Positions 11,114 through 23,544 of a stretch of DNA of 64,000 nucleotides are shown one piece after another (position 1 is the first letter of the stretch; each line of letters begins with the position of its first letter). Below the pieces are notes generated by a model. That model saw only the letters and a list, made by a program, of their open reading frames with translations, was not told where the DNA came from and ran no database searches. The stretch comes from Escherichia coli (GTDB lineage: Bacteria > Pseudomonadota > Gammaproteobacteria > Enterobacterales > Enterobacteriaceae). The DNA is taken from NCBI RefSeq assembly GCF_050920415.1, contig NZ_CP169309.1; one strand, written 5' to 3'. The position numbers and the translations under genes are program-made.

Positions 11114-11967
11114 TATGCCGCCTCCACCATGCCTGCTTTAGCCATGCGCGCTTTCACCCAATCACGCGCTTTCGCCACTTCTGCCGCCGGGTCTTCCGCC
11201 GTTTCGCTCCACATCTCAATCAGGTACGGCCCGCAATAGCCACTCTGTTTGAGCGTTTCAAAGCAACGTTCGAAATCCACCACACCCTCGCCAAACGGCA
11301 CGTTTTTGAAGACGCCTGGTTTAGTGTCTTTCACATGCACCGCGACGATATGCCCGATTCCGGCCTGCAATTCCATCTGCACGTCGTTGTCCCACGCCGA
11401 CAAGTTGCCGATATCCGGGTAGAGCTGGAACCACGGGTTGTTAAGATAGTGCGCGTAACCCAGCGCCTTGCTGATGGAGTTCATCAACGGGTAATCCATG
11501 ATCTCCATTGCCAGCGTCACCTGCGCGCGGCTCGCCATCTCAACGCTCTCTTTCAGGCCGTCACGGAAACGACGACGCGTTTCGTTATTGGCTTCCTGAT
11601 AGTAAACGTCGTAGCCCGCCAGTTGGATCACGCGAATACCGACATCCTGGGCGAACTGGATAGCTTTTCGCATAATCTCAAGCCCCTGCGCCCGCACTGC
11701 GTCATCTTCGCTGCCCAGCGGGAAACGACGATGAGCAGAAAGGCACATGGATGGTACGCGCACGCCGGTTTCAACAATCGCGTTCACCAGCGCCAGACGC
11801 TGCTCGCGGCTCCAGTCAAGGCGCGAGAGGCGATCGTCCGTTTCATCTACCGACATCTCGACAAAATCGAAGCCTAACGTTTTTGCCAGTTGCAGCCGTT
11901 CCAGCCAGCACTCCCCGGCGGGGAGCGCTTTTTCGTAGATGCCAAGCGGGATTTGTTTGGACAACAT
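11113..11967 (-). CDS. ulaE: L-ribulose-5-phosphate 3-epimerase UlaE
   Basis: 284-aa translation [44 protein letters not shown]...; stop shares one nucleotide with the ulaF start. Confidence 0.95.
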   Translation of the reverse strand: MLSKQIPLGIYEKALPAGECWLERLQLAKTLGFDFVEMSVDETDDRLSRLDWSREQRLALVNAIVETGVRVPSMCLSAHRRFPLGSEDDAVRAQGLEIMRKAIQFAQDVGIRVIQLAGYDVYYQEANNETRRRFRDGLKESVEMASRAQVTLAMEIMDYPLMNSISKALGYAHYLNNPWFQLYPDIGNLSAWDNDVQMELQAGIGHIVAVHVKDTKPGVFKNVPFGEGVVDFERCFETLKQSGYCGPYLIEMWSETAEDPAAEVAKARDWVKARMAKAGMVEAA

Positions 11968-11976
11968 ATCCGCTCC

Positions 11977-12627
11977 TTAGCCCCACAGTTCGGCGATGGA
12001 ACGTTTGAACTGACGCGCGGCTTCAACCGGAGAGGCGGCATCACGGATACTACGCCCAGCGATAAACACATGAATCGGAATGCCTTTGAACAGCGGCAGG
12101 TCTTCCAGCGCCAGGCCACCGGTGACGGTGACTTTGAAGCCCATATCGGAAAGACGTTTGATCGCGGTGATATCCGCTTCGCCCCACGCCACGCCTGCGG
12201 CCTGCGCGTCACGGCTGCGGTGATAAACCACCTGCTGGATACCTGCGTCGCGCCACTGCTGCGCCTGTTCCCAGGTCCAGTAACCGGTCAGTTCGATCTG
12301 CACGTCGCCATTAAACTCTTTTGCCACGTCCAGCGCGCCTTTGGCGGTGTTGATATCTGCACAGCAAATTACGGTCACCCAGTCAGCGTTGGCTTCAAAG
12401 CACATACGAGAAAGGATTTTTCCGGCATCGGCGATTTTGGCGTCTGCCAGCACGATTTTGTGCGGATAAAGCGCTTTCAGATCGCGAACCGCACGCACAC
12501 CTTCGCCCACGCACAGAATGGTGCCCACTTCGATAATGTCGACTTCTTCGGCAATCAGGCGAGTAGTTTCGTAGGCGCTAGCCATAGTCTGGTTGTCCAG
12601 CGCGACTTGCAACATCGGTAATGACAT
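11977..12627 (-). CDS. ulaD: 3-keto-L-gulonate-6-phosphate decarboxylase UlaD
   Basis: 216-aa product starting [13 protein letters not shown]... at the ATG at 12627 (AAGGAA RBS); the longer ORF-track start at 12780 has no RBS support. Confidence 0.93.
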   Translation of the reverse strand: MSLPMLQVALDNQTMASAYETTRLIAEEVDIIEVGTILCVGEGVRAVRDLKALYPHKIVLADAKIADAGKILSRMCFEANADWVTVICCADINTAKGALDVAKEFNGDVQIELTGYWTWEQAQQWRDAGIQQVVYHRSRDAQAAGVAWGEADITAIKRLSDMGFKVTVTGGLALEDLPLFKGIPIHVFIAGRSIRDAASPVEAARQFKRSIAELWG

Positions 12628-12640
12628 TTTCAATTCCTTC

Positions 12641-13105
12641 TTAAGCAGCCGCGTTGGTGCGGTCAATGAGATCCAGGATTTCCTGCTCGGTACGGCAGGC
12701 GCGTAAACGGTCGAAATTCTCTTCATCTTCAAACAGGTTGACGATCTGCATGATGCCCACTTCCTGATGCGTGTTGGCATCGACCGCCGCCATCGTGATG
12801 AGGATATCCACCGGGTCGTTATCTTCGTGGTTGAACTCCAGCGGCTTTTTCAGCGTCACCAGCGCAAAACCGGTTTTCTTAACGCCCTCTTCCGGGCGAC
12901 CATGCGGCATTGCCAGGCCCGGTGCGAGCACAAAGTACGGACCGTGCTGTTCAACCGCATCCAGAATCGCCTGGTAGTAACGCGGCTCTACCACATCTGC
13001 CGCCACCAGCAGGTCAACGCCGATTTTCACTGCGTCCTGCCATGTCTCAGCTTCAGCCTGCAGACGGATAGATTTATTCTCCGCCAGCGAATCACGTAAT
13101 TTCAT
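12641..13105 (-). CDS. ulaC: ascorbate-specific PTS EIIA component UlaC
   Basis: 154-aa translation [29 protein letters not shown]... Confidence 0.94.
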   Translation of the reverse strand: MKLRDSLAENKSIRLQAEAETWQDAVKIGVDLLVAADVVEPRYYQAILDAVEQHGPYFVLAPGLAMPHGRPEEGVKKTGFALVTLKKPLEFNHEDNDPVDILITMAAVDANTHQEVGIMQIVNLFEDEENFDRLRACRTEQEILDLIDRTNAAA

Positions 13106-13114
13106 AGGGCGCCC

Positions 13115-13420
13115 TTACTTCACGTCCTGCGGGAAATGTTCTTTGATCACTTCCAGCAGTTTCGGGCCAAAGTCAGCAGGAGAGAGCATGTTGCGCACGC
13201 CAACGACATATTTGTTGCCGGTCACGGTGATCTCGCCCGCGATGTGCGTAGAAGCGATGATGATATCCGCGCCGCTCAACTCGCTTTTGTATTCACCAAC
13301 CGCGCAGCTGTTTACCGTATGGTCGATGTTCGACTGGGTTAAAAACTGGTCCACTTTCATTTTCATGATCATGGAACTGCCTTGTCCGTTACCACACACA
13401 GCCAGAATACGTACGGTCAT
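13115..13420 (-). CDS. ulaB: ascorbate-specific PTS EIIB component UlaB
   Basis: 101-aa product starting [16 protein letters not shown]... at the ATG at 13420 with AAGGAG RBS. Confidence 0.93.
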
Positions 13421-13435
13421 AATCAAAACTCCTTA

Positions 13436-15187
<1,752 letters not shown>

Positions 15188-16252
15188 ATGAGTAAAGTGA
15201 AAAGTATCACCCGTGAATCCTGGATCCTGAGCACTTTCCCGGAGTGGGGTAGCTGGCTGAATGAAGAAATTGAACAAGAACAGGTAGCTCCTGGCACATT
15301 CGCGATGTGGTGGCTAGGCTGTACCGGGATCTGGCTGAAATCTGAAGGTGGCACCAACGTTTGCGTCGATTTCTGGTGTGGTACTGGCAAACAAAGTCAC
15401 GGTAACCCACTAATGAAACAGGGTCACCAGATGCAGCGCATGGCTGGCGTGAAAAAACTGCAACCGAACCTGCGTACCACCCCATTTGTTCTTGATCCGT
15501 TTGCGATTCGCCAGATCGACGCGGTACTGGCAACTCACGATCACAACGATCATATCGACGTCAACGTCGCTGCTGCCGTGATGCAGAACTGCGCTGATGA
15601 CGTGCCATTTATCGGGCCGAAAACCTGCGTGGATTTGTGGATTGGCTGGGGTGTGCCGAAAGAACGTTGCATCGTGGTCAAACCGGGCGATGTCGTTAAA
15701 GTGAAAGACATTGAAATTCATGCCCTTGACGCGTTTGACCGTACTGCACTGATCACTTTGCCTGCCGATCAAAAAGCGGCTGGCGTACTGCCAGACGGCA
15801 TGGACGATCGCGCGGTAAACTACCTGTTCAAAACGCCGGGCGGTACCCTGTATCACAGTGGCGATTCCCACTACTCTAACTACTATGCGAAGCACGGTAA
15901 CGAGCATCAGATCGACGTGGCATTAGGTTCATACGGTGAAAACCCACGTGGTATCACCGACAAAATGACCAGTGCTGATATCCTGCGTATGGCAGAAGCG
16001 CTGAATACAAAAGTGGTTATCCCGTTCCACCATGATATCTGGTCAAACTTCCAGGCCGATCCGCAAGAGATCCGCGTACTGTGGGAGATGAAAAAAGATC
16101 GCCTGAAGTATGGCTTCAAGCCGTTTATCTGGCAGGTCGGTGGCAAATTTACCTGGCCGCTGGATAAAGACAACTTCGAGTACCACTATCCACGCGGTTT
16201 TGACGATTGCTTCACCATTGAACCGGATCTGCCGTTCAAGTCGTTCCTGTAA
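15188..16252 (+). CDS. ulaG: L-ascorbate-6-phosphate lactonase UlaG (metallo-beta-lactamase fold)
   Basis: 354-aa product [23 protein letters not shown]... with HDHNDH metal-binding motif; start taken at the ATG at 15188 (AAGG 9 nt upstream) rather than 15182. Confidence 0.94.
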   Translation: MSKVKSITRESWILSTFPEWGSWLNEEIEQEQVAPGTFAMWWLGCTGIWLKSEGGTNVCVDFWCGTGKQSHGNPLMKQGHQMQRMAGVKKLQPNLRTTPFVLDPFAIRQIDAVLATHDHNDHIDVNVAAAVMQNCADDVPFIGPKTCVDLWIGWGVPKERCIVVKPGDVVKVKDIEIHALDAFDRTALITLPADQKAAGVLPDGMDDRAVNYLFKTPGGTLYHSGDSHYSNYYAKHGNEHQIDVALGSYGENPRGITDKMTSADILRMAEALNTKVVIPFHHDIWSNFQADPQEIRVLWEMKKDRLKYGFKPFIWQVGGKFTWPLDKDNFEYHYPRGFDDCFTIEPDLPFKSFL

Positions 16253-16265
16253 TCTGTCGTTTATA

Positions 16266-16297
16266 CCGGATGGCGTGGAGAAGTTCGCGCTATCCGG
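16266..16297. repeat. REP-like hairpin between ulaG and ulaR
   Basis: Imperfect inverted repeat CCGGATGGCG ... CGCTATCCGG resembling a REP palindromic unit. Confidence 0.35.
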
Positions 16298-16359
16298 CGT
16301 AGTATTTCCTGGCTATTTCAAATATCATCTAAAAAAATCAAATTTTATCGGAATAGCTC

Positions 16360-17115
16360 ATGACTGAAGCACAAAGACATCAAATTCTCCTGGAAATGCT
16401 CGCACAATTGGGCTTTGTGACCGTTGAGAAAGTCGTTGAGCGTCTGGGAATTTCGCCTGCTACCGCTCGACGCGATATCAATAAACTTGACGAAAGCGGC
16501 AAACTGAAAAAAGTGCGCAATGGCGCAGAAGCCATTACCCAGCAGCGCCCACGCTGGACGCCGATGAATCTGCATCAGGCGCAGAACCATGATGAAAAAG
16601 TACGTATCGCTAAAGCAGCCTCGCAGCTGGTTAATCCGGGCGAAAGCGTCGTCATCAACTGCGGTTCCACCGCGTTTCTGCTTGGGCGGGAAATGTGTGG
16701 CAAGCCAGTGCAAATCATTACTAATTATCTACCGCTGGCGAATTACCTGATCGATCAGGAGCATGACAGCGTGATTATCATGGGCGGCCAATACAACAAA
16801 AGCCAGTCCATCACCTTAAGTCCACAGGGCAGCGAAAACAGTCTCTATGCCGGGCACTGGATGTTTACCAGCGGCAAAGGACTGACCGCAGAAGGGTTGT
16901 ATAAAACCGATATGCTGACGGCAATGGCAGAGCAGAAGATGTTGAGCGTGGTAGGGAAACTGGTGGTACTGGTTGATAGCAGTAAGATCGGCGAACGTGC
17001 GGGGATGCTCTTTAGTCGTTCAGATCAAATCGATATGCTGATCACCGGCAAAAATGCTAACCCGGAAATCCTGCAACAACTGGAAGCGCAAGGGGTCAGC
17101 ATTCTGCGTGTTTAA
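16360..17115 (+). CDS. ulaR: DeoR-family transcriptional repressor UlaR
   Basis: 251-aa translation [49 protein letters not shown]... with an N-terminal HTH. Confidence 0.95.
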   Translation: MTEAQRHQILLEMLAQLGFVTVEKVVERLGISPATARRDINKLDESGKLKKVRNGAEAITQQRPRWTPMNLHQAQNHDEKVRIAKAASQLVNPGESVVINCGSTAFLLGREMCGKPVQIITNYLPLANYLIDQEHDSVIIMGGQYNKSQSITLSPQGSENSLYAGHWMFTSGKGLTAEGLYKTDMLTAMAEQKMLSVVGKLVVLVDSSKIGERAGMLFSRSDQIDMLITGKNANPEILQQLEAQGVSILRV

Positions 17116-17861
17116 AGATGCTGGCGGAAAAATGTCACGGCGGTCTCTAACGCCTCGGGCGTAATGCGGTGACGCACGCCTGGCTGCCATGAACAGGTTA
17201 GCTGTTTATCCCGTCCCACCTCGCTTAAGGCCTGCTGCAAACGTAGTGATTCGTCGGCGGGGACGACATCATCGTCAAGGCCATGCCATAAGAGCAGAGG
17301 TCTGTTTCCCAACTCTTCCAGGTGGTTTGTCGCTTCCCACTCTGCCAGTGGCGCGATAATGTTATTAAATTCGTTCTGCTGTCCTGTCGTTTCAGATATC
17401 AGCGGTGGAAACAGTGAACGGGCGAGTGATGTAAAATAGCCCGATCCCATCATGCTGGCGGTACATTTCACCGTGGGGTAGCGAGCGGTAATTCCCAGAG
17501 CCGTCATCGCGCCCATCGATGCACCACCGATTGCCAGACGGTCATCAAGCAGCCAGTTTTCTTCAGCTACTGCCGCACGTAAAGTAATGAATTCCTGCAT
17601 ACTTTGTAGCAAGATTTGCCAAAATTGATTTAACCGCCGCGCTGCGTCGCCCCTAAAACGGCTACCGTGATCGGGCGCATCCGGCATGATCACCCGCAAA
17701 CCAGCCTGCGCCAGCGCAACGGCAAAATAGCTATACACCAGACTGGACGAAGTAAAGCCGTGATAAAAAATCACGCACGGTAACGGGGTATCTTTTTGCC
17801 CGACAGGATAAGCATGAAGAACGGGAATATCTGCCAGCACGCGCGAGTCTATTTCAATCAT
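17112..17861 (-). CDS. yjfP: alpha/beta-hydrolase esterase YjfP
   Basis: 249-aa translation [39 protein letters not shown]...; 3' end overlaps ulaR by 4 nt, convergent. Confidence 0.92.
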   Translation of the reverse strand: MIEIDSRVLADIPVLHAYPVGQKDTPLPCVIFYHGFTSSSLVYSYFAVALAQAGLRVIMPDAPDHGSRFRGDAARRLNQFWQILLQSMQEFITLRAAVAEENWLLDDRLAIGGASMGAMTALGITARYPTVKCTASMMGSGYFTSLARSLFPPLISETTGQQNEFNNIIAPLAEWEATNHLEELGNRPLLLWHGLDDDVVPADESLRLQQALSEVGRDKQLTCSWQPGVRHRITPEALETAVTFFRQHL

Positions 17862-18042
17862 CTGTCTCTCCTTTTTGTCTGGTATGACATGAAGAAATCC
17901 TTAGCACAAGTTTCTGCTGGCGGTATTAGTTCATAATGTTGAGATGTGGGTTACGCTTTCATCACGTTTTCATTCGAAAATCGCGTACCAGGTAACAATT
18001 CGGGAACATTCCCCCAAAGTTAAATTAATAAGGCACTACACT

Positions 18043-18372
18043 ATGGTTAGCAGGAAACGTAATAGCGTTATTTACCGGTTTGCCAGTTTATTATTGGTGT
18101 TGATGTTAAGTGCCTGTAGCGCACTGCAAGGTACGCCACAGCCAGCACCGCCAGTAACGGACCATCCGCAAGAGATTCGCCGCGACCAGACGCAAGGGTT
18201 ACAGCGAATAGGTAGCGTAAGCACGATGGTTCGGGGTTCTCCGGATGACGCATTAGCAGAAATCAGAGCGAAAGCTGTCGCTGCAAAAGCTGATTATTAC
18301 GTTGTCGTCATGGTGGACGAAACCATCGTGACAGGACAGTGGTATTCACAAGCCATTTTGTACCGTAAATAA
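18043..18372 (+). CDS. bsmA: biofilm stress and motility lipoprotein BsmA (YjfO), DUF1471 family
   Basis: 109-aa product MVSRKRNSVIYRFASLLLVLMLSACSALQG... with a lipobox (LSAC); start at the ATG at 18043 rather than the ORF-track 17944. Confidence 0.9.
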   Translation: MVSRKRNSVIYRFASLLLVLMLSACSALQGTPQPAPPVTDHPQEIRRDQTQGLQRIGSVSTMVRGSPDDALAEIRAKAVAAKADYYVVVMVDETIVTGQWYSQAILYRK

Positions 18373-18520
18373 ATCAGACAACTTACATAGTCAGCTTTAC
18401 ATTGCTTTGCGTCCCTATGCGTTTACCTGTGCACAATAAATTACCAGCTGGAAGCTCGGGCGTTTATTACCGCGATGGAATGCCCTGCAACATGTGGGGA
18501 AACGAAAAATGGAGCTGACG

Positions 18521-18796
18521 ATGAAACAATTACTTGCCTCACCCTCGCTGCAATTAGTGACTTATCCTGCGAGCACCACGGCACAGTCTGCAGAATTCGC
18601 CAGTGCTGACTGCGTAACGGGCCTGAATGAAATAGGTCAGATCTCGGTTAGCAATATTTCAGGGGATCCGCAGGACGTGGAACGTATCGTGGCGTTAAAG
18701 GCCGATGAACAAGGTGCATCATGGTACCGCATTATTACCATGTACGAAGACCAGCAGCCTGATAACTGGCGCGTACAGGCGATCCTGTATGCGTGA
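18521..18796 (+). CDS. yjfN: DUF1471-family protein YjfN
   Basis: 91-aa product MKQLLASPSLQLVTYPASTTAQSAEFASADCVTG... with GGAG 6 nt upstream of the ATG at 18521. Confidence 0.9.
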   Translation: MKQLLASPSLQLVTYPASTTAQSAEFASADCVTGLNEIGQISVSNISGDPQDVERIVALKADEQGASWYRIITMYEDQQPDNWRVQAILYA

Positions 18797-18821
18797 GTGT
18801 CATCTACAGCAAATGAACAAT

Positions 18822-18852
18822 GCCGGATGCGGCACCTGTGCCTTATCCGGCC
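18822..18852. repeat. REP element
   Basis: GCCGGATGCGGCACCTGTGCCTTATCCGGCC matches the canonical E. coli REP palindromic unit; lies between yjfN and aidB. Confidence 0.75.
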
Positions 18853-18945
18853 AACAGTTCCTGAAATTTCATTGTGTTAGTTGATAACACGTAATGCTGC
18901 TGTTGCCATTATAAGACGCGCTAGCATCACATCTGGCTGACTCGT

Positions 18946-20571
18946 TTATAAACATACTCCCCCCGTCGCCCGCAGCAATAAATCATTCTGGATCTGCTCT
19001 GACAACCGCACGCCGCCGCGCGTATCAAACATCATCTGACACCACGCCTGCGCCATTGGCGGAGAGGCATATTTCAACATTTGCGCGCCGCAACCCAGCA
19101 GGAATAGCTGACGAGTAATCTCTCGCCCCATTTCTTCAGCTGGCTTACGCAGTTGCTGCTGCAAACGACGAACCGCGCGATCAAAATAGCGATCCTGTCC
19201 TTTCACTTCCACAAATGCTTCTGTCAGCAAATCGTATACCCCAGCCTGCTTATTGAGAACGCGCAGCACATCGAGGCACATAATATTGCCAGAACCTTCC
19301 CAGATGCTGTTCACTGGCATTTCCCGATAAAGTCGCGGTAGTTCGCTCTCTTCGCAATAGCCAATACCGCCCAGCACCTCCATCGCTTCAGCCACAAACG
19401 GAATGCCACGTTTGCAGATAACAAATTTCGCCGCAGGCGTAAATAAGCGCGCCCACAGGGCTTCTTTGGCATCGGCACGCCGATCCCACGCTCGCGCAAG
19501 ACGAAACAGCAACGCTGTTTGCCCTTCAAGTTGGAGCGCCATGCGGCTTAAGACATGACGCATCAAAGGCTGTTGGATCAATGGATTACCAAAAACATGG
19601 CGTTGATGGGCATGATAAATCGCCAGCGAAAATGCACGGCGCATCATGGCATGGCTACCCAGGGCGCAATCAAAACGCGTCATCCCACCCATTTTCAGGA
19701 TCAGACGAACTCCTTCCCCTTCCTGCCCCAACAACCAGCCAATGGCATCCTGAAACTCCACTTCGCAGCTGGCGTTAGAGCGATTACCCAGCTTATCTTT
19801 CAGCCGCTCGAGGCGAATCGCGTTGCGTTGCCCGTCAGGCAAAAAGCGCGGCACAAAAAAGCAGGACAAACCGCCCGTAGTCTGCGCCAGCACCAGATGC
19901 GCATCGCTTTGCGGCACCGAGAAAAACCATTTATGCCCCACCAGCCGATAAGAGCCATCGTCCAGACGCTCTGCGCGGGTAGTGTTGCTCATCACATCGG
20001 AACCGCCCTGCTTTTCCGTCATGCCCATGCCAATCAACAAACCGCGTTTTTGCCCACCTGGCAATAAGTGGGAATCGTAGCGATCGCTCAACAGCGGCGT
20101 GGTCCAGTCCTGAAACGGCGCGGGTAACATCTGTAACAGCAATGGCGTGGCGGCAAAGGTCATGGTTATCGGACATAACGACCCTGCCTCAACCTGTGCG
20201 TGCAACATAAAACGCGCCGCGCGCGCCACAAATGCGCCGGAGCGAGCGTCTTCTTCCCAGGCAAGATTGTGCACCCGATTGGTACATAGCGCCTGCATCA
20301 GCAAGTGCCAGGCGGGGTGAAAACGCACATCGTCCAGACGGCGTCCTTGCGCATCGTAGCGCAATAATTCAGGCGGATTCACATTCGCCAGCCGCCCCAG
20401 TTCAAGAGATTCAGCCGTTCCTAACTGCTGACCAATACTGGCGAGAAAATCGCTATCCCAGCCAGCACCTTCACGCGTTACCGCTTCGCAGAGCGCGCCA
20501 TCAGACAGGTATAAGTTGCTGTTATTTAATGGTATAGGTTGATTAAAAACGGTGTGAGTTTGCCAGTGCAC
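18946..20571 (-). CDS. aidB: adaptive-response protein AidB (acyl-CoA dehydrogenase family)
   Basis: 541-aa product starting (GTG) MHWQTHTVFNQPIPLNNSNLYLSDGAL...; GTG at 20571 with GGAGGGAG RBS 7 nt upstream; the ORF-track TTG/ATG extension is rejected. Confidence 0.93.
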   Translation of the reverse strand: MHWQTHTVFNQPIPLNNSNLYLSDGALCEAVTREGAGWDSDFLASIGQQLGTAESLELGRLANVNPPELLRYDAQGRRLDDVRFHPAWHLLMQALCTNRVHNLAWEEDARSGAFVARAARFMLHAQVEAGSLCPITMTFAATPLLLQMLPAPFQDWTTPLLSDRYDSHLLPGGQKRGLLIGMGMTEKQGGSDVMSNTTRAERLDDGSYRLVGHKWFFSVPQSDAHLVLAQTTGGLSCFFVPRFLPDGQRNAIRLERLKDKLGNRSNASCEVEFQDAIGWLLGQEGEGVRLILKMGGMTRFDCALGSHAMMRRAFSLAIYHAHQRHVFGNPLIQQPLMRHVLSRMALQLEGQTALLFRLARAWDRRADAKEALWARLFTPAAKFVICKRGIPFVAEAMEVLGGIGYCEESELPRLYREMPVNSIWEGSGNIMCLDVLRVLNKQAGVYDLLTEAFVEVKGQDRYFDRAVRRLQQQLRKPAEEMGREITRQLFLLGCGAQMLKYASPPMAQAWCQMMFDTRGGVRLSEQIQNDLLLRATGGVCL

Positions 20572-20588
20572 TGTGTCTCCCTCCATCA

Positions 20589-20620
20589 ATGGCAGTCACC
20601 CTTAGTATGGTCACTGCCAT
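20589..20620 (-). promoter_or_regulatory. 12-bp near-perfect inverted repeat in the aidB upstream region
   Basis: ATGGCAGTCACC (20589-20600) and GGTCACTGCCAT (20609-20620) form an 11/12 inverted repeat with an 8-bp spacer, about 20-50 nt upstream of the aidB start. Candidate operator or 5'-UTR hairpin. Confidence 0.4.
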
Positions 20621-20654
20621 GGATTCCTGACAGAAAGAGATTGCTAAAACATTC

Positions 20655-21818
20655 TTACCCAGCAATGTAATGCGGAACGAAACGTGAGGTGTCTTTGGTG
20701 ATCAGCGTGTTATCTTCACGGATTCCCATTCCGCACGCTTCATCATCGACAATCCAGCTACCGATGAGTGTGTAGCTATCGCCAAATCGCGGCAGAGGTT
20801 GAAACGCCTGATAGATCATCGGTTCATCGGCGTAATCACCCTCAGCGTGGTCAACGACGTTATTCTGACCGTCGAAAATGGTGACGTTTCCGCCTTCGCG
20901 TGAGTAGATCGGTTTACGCACATAGCTTTCGCCAGCGGCAATCTGCGGTTTTTCGCCATCAAACCAGGATGCAAGTAGGTTAGGATGACCAGGAAAGAAG
21001 CGCCAAAGCAGCGGCATTAACCCTTTGTTGCTCAAGATACTTTTCCATAACGGCTCCACCCATTGCTCGCGGCGCTTGCGCAGCAGAGGACCGTTATCGT
21101 CACGCATCATCCATTCCAGCGGATACAGCTTAAATGCACGCTGGATGACATTATCATCAAGATCGGTCAGTACACCGCCGACGCCCAAACCGAGATCTTC
21201 AATGTAGATAAACCGTGACTCCTGCCCAGCCTGCTGAGCGCAGTCCTGCAAGTACAGCACAGTACTCCTGTCTTCGTCGGTATCCTGACAACAGCAGAAA
21301 TAAAACGGTTCCCGACTGTAAAGCTCGCTAAAACGCGAAATCAGGCGTTCCTGAATGGCATTGTACTGATCGGCATCACGCGGAATAATGCCGCTACGCC
21401 GCGCATCTTCCAGCCACAGCCACTGGAAATAAGCCGATTCATACAACGAGGTTGGCGTATCGGCGTTGTACTCCAGCAGCTTCACCGGCGCATTGCCACA
21501 CCAGGCAAAATCCATCCGACCATACAGCGAAGGATCGCGTGCGCGCCAGCTTTCAGCGATCACATCCCAGTACAGCGGGGGGATCGCCAGTTGCGTCAGG
21601 ATTTCTTCGTCTTGAACCGCACGATCCACCACCTCAAGGCACATCTGATGCAGTTCCGCAGTTGGTTTTTCGATCTGCTCTTCTATCTGACGCAGAGTAA
21701 AGCGGTAAGCCCGACTCTCATCCCAATAGATTTCATTGTCGATGATATGAAAGTCGAAACCGTTGTCGGCGGCGATCTGGTCCAGATCCCGTCGTACAGG
21801 AACGTTGTGTCTCAGCAT
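20655..21818 (-). CDS. yjfC: glutathionylspermidine-synthase-like ATP-grasp protein YjfC
   Basis: 387-aa translation MLRHNVPVRRDLDQIAADNGFDFHIIDNEIYWDESRAYRF...; last gene of the yjfI-yjfC operon. Confidence 0.92.
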   Translation of the reverse strand: MLRHNVPVRRDLDQIAADNGFDFHIIDNEIYWDESRAYRFTLRQIEEQIEKPTAELHQMCLEVVDRAVQDEEILTQLAIPPLYWDVIAESWRARDPSLYGRMDFAWCGNAPVKLLEYNADTPTSLYESAYFQWLWLEDARRSGIIPRDADQYNAIQERLISRFSELYSREPFYFCCCQDTDEDRSTVLYLQDCAQQAGQESRFIYIEDLGLGVGGVLTDLDDNVIQRAFKLYPLEWMMRDDNGPLLRKRREQWVEPLWKSILSNKGLMPLLWRFFPGHPNLLASWFDGEKPQIAAGESYVRKPIYSREGGNVTIFDGQNNVVDHAEGDYADEPMIYQAFQPLPRFGDSYTLIGSWIVDDEACGMGIREDNTLITKDTSRFVPHYIAG

Positions 21819-21820
21819 GA

Positions 21821-22459
21821 TTAGCCTCCCCAGTGCCCACGGGCGCTGGAAGAACGACCATAGCCGCCGCGAGAAACAGTTGACGCTTTTCTGGTGGTAA
21901 AGCCGCCCGAGGAGTAAGACTCTTTTTTGCCAGAACCGGAGCGCCAGGAGTAATCACCGGAAGTATTGCGCCAGACGGGGCGGGAAGCAAATGAGGATCC
22001 ACCGCTGTTATAAACGAACGGCTCATCGCGATCTTTACGAATAACCCGGCTTAATAAAAATCCAGAAATGACCGGGATCCAACTCTGTTCAACATTGTCG
22101 TAGTAGCAATTTTCGTACTTAGACTGACAATTCTGCTGAGTCATATTCTTCGGAACATCGGCATAAAATGCCGCTTTGGCATTGTTCCAGCCATGAGCAC
22201 AGATATCTGAATTATTACCGTCATCAATACAATCCTGCACTGTCGAGTAAAACGTTCCGTCACCGTCGTTATCGACATCACCACTATCGCCACAACCTTT
22301 CAATACAAAAAAAGCTGCACCGCCCATTAGCGCCAACGTTAAGTATTTTTGTGCGTAGCGATTGCGTCGCGGCTCAAAAGGATTATTAGGTCTTCCAATG
22401 CGACTGATCGCTCCGTGACCAATTTTACTGTTATTTCTTGATTTGCGTTTTCTGGCCAT
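21821..22459 (-). CDS. yjfM: DUF1190-family protein YjfM
   Basis: 212-aa ORF, Gly/Ser-rich C-terminal half; 2-nt gap to yjfC. Confidence 0.9.
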   Translation of the reverse strand: MARKRKSRNNSKIGHGAISRIGRPNNPFEPRRNRYAQKYLTLALMGGAAFFVLKGCGDSGDVDNDGDGTFYSTVQDCIDDGNNSDICAHGWNNAKAAFYADVPKNMTQQNCQSKYENCYYDNVEQSWIPVISGFLLSRVIRKDRDEPFVYNSGGSSFASRPVWRNTSGDYSWRSGSGKKESYSSGGFTTRKASTVSRGGYGRSSSARGHWGG

Positions 22460-22468
22460 GATCGTCCA

Positions 22469-22867
22469 TTACCATGTCATACAAGCTGCGTTAAAAATAC
22501 CGCCAGCCAGCGCGGCGGTTCCCATAAACATTCCTGCTGCGGTATTGTGATTAATAATTTTTTCGCTTAATGCTGGCATATAAAGTCTGACGCCAGCAAA
22601 AACGAGTAACTGAATCACCAGTGCGATCCCGCCCCAGGCAAAATAATCCGGAATACTCACCGCATTGATTGCCGCACTAGATAATGGGATCACGTAACCC
22701 AACAATGTACCACTGAACGCCAGTGCCGCCGCGGTATTATTGTTTTTAATTAACTGCCATTCGTTGTGCGGTGTAATTTTGGAGTAGATAAACAGAAAAA
22801 TAATCACCATAGCCACGCCAATAAAAAAATAGGCGCTAAAGGCAAGAAGTGAATCCAGTATATGCAT
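22469..22867 (-). CDS. yjfL: DUF350-family inner-membrane protein YjfL
   Basis: 132-aa hydrophobic ORF MHILDSLLAFSAYFFIGVAMVIIFLFIYSKITPHNEW... Confidence 0.9.
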   Translation of the reverse strand: MHILDSLLAFSAYFFIGVAMVIIFLFIYSKITPHNEWQLIKNNNTAAALAFSGTLLGYVIPLSSAAINAVSIPDYFAWGGIALVIQLLVFAGVRLYMPALSEKIINHNTAAGMFMGTAALAGGIFNAACMTW

Positions 22868-22884
22868 CGTAAACGTCCTTGTAA

Positions 22885-23544
22885 TTAACCAATAATATGA
22901 AGTGATGTCAGTGGGATATCAACACCCAGTGCGCGCGAAAATAACCACTCCGGCTCGCCGAGATCGTTAAAAGATTCCTCACCATTTAACAGCAAATATT
23001 CACAGGTATCTTCGGTCACCTGCCGTTCATAGCCCATGGTAAAATTATGCACTTCCCATTTGGCGTGGTTTTGATTTTCAACTTTTTCCAGCATATAGAC
23101 GGGTTCGATATTCCCCGGTTCTTCGCTGTTAAAAAATCGCTGCCAGCGTTTTTCCTGCCAGTTTAATGTCATTGCCCCCATCGCTTTGGCGTTGATCGCT
23201 TCGCGCCAGTGGCTCTCTTTGCTGATACCGTAGCTCTCTTCATAGACAAAGAGCTTTATATCATCAATGTCATCAATATCTTCGCCGCCGGTGGTATTGA
23301 TTTGCAGAAATTCATCGCCCGAAGTGTAGTAGCGGAAAATCTGACTACCGCCGCCCAGATCGATGTGGCTGACAGCGGCTACCGTAAATTCTTCACCCGG
23401 CAGCGCAATCAGCAATTCATCTTCCAGCAAACGAAACGCTAACGTGTCGAGCGTAAAGCCGCTATTGAGATGAAGTCCCAGCGGGCCACGTGCGGTTACA
23501 GGTTTATCATCCTTACCAAACAGACGCTTGAAAAAACTTGTCAT
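22885..23544 (-). CDS. yjfK: DUF2491-family protein YjfK
   Basis: 219-aa translation MTSFFKRLFGKDDKPVTARGPLGLHLNSGF...; start ATG overlaps the stop of the upstream channel-like gene (ATGA) with GAGGGAAG RBS. Confidence 0.9.
   Translation of the reverse strand: MTSFFKRLFGKDDKPVTARGPLGLHLNSGFTLDTLAFRLLEDELLIALPGEEFTVAAVSHIDLGGGSQIFRYYTSGDEFLQINTTGGEDIDDIDDIKLFVYEESYGISKESHWREAINAKAMGAMTLNWQEKRWQRFFNSEEPGNIEPVYMLEKVENQNHAKWEVHNFTMGYERQVTEDTCEYLLLNGEESFNDLGEPEWLFSRALGVDIPLTSLHIIG

Noticed and set aside
11890-12621. 243-aa plus-strand ORF across ulaE/ulaD
   Set aside because: Antisense to two recognised ula genes; the sense-strand proteins match UlaD and UlaE.
12627-12780. ORF-track N-terminal extension of ulaD
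   Set aside because: The extended N-terminus lacks an RBS and gives a wrong protein length; the internal ATG has a good Shine-Dalgarno sequence and gives the known size. I applied the same logic to the extensions at ulaA, ulaB, ulaG, bsmA, yjfN, rnr, mutL, amiB, nnr, queG, orn, rsgA, yjeM, epmA, frdB, frdD, ampC, gdx and yjeI.
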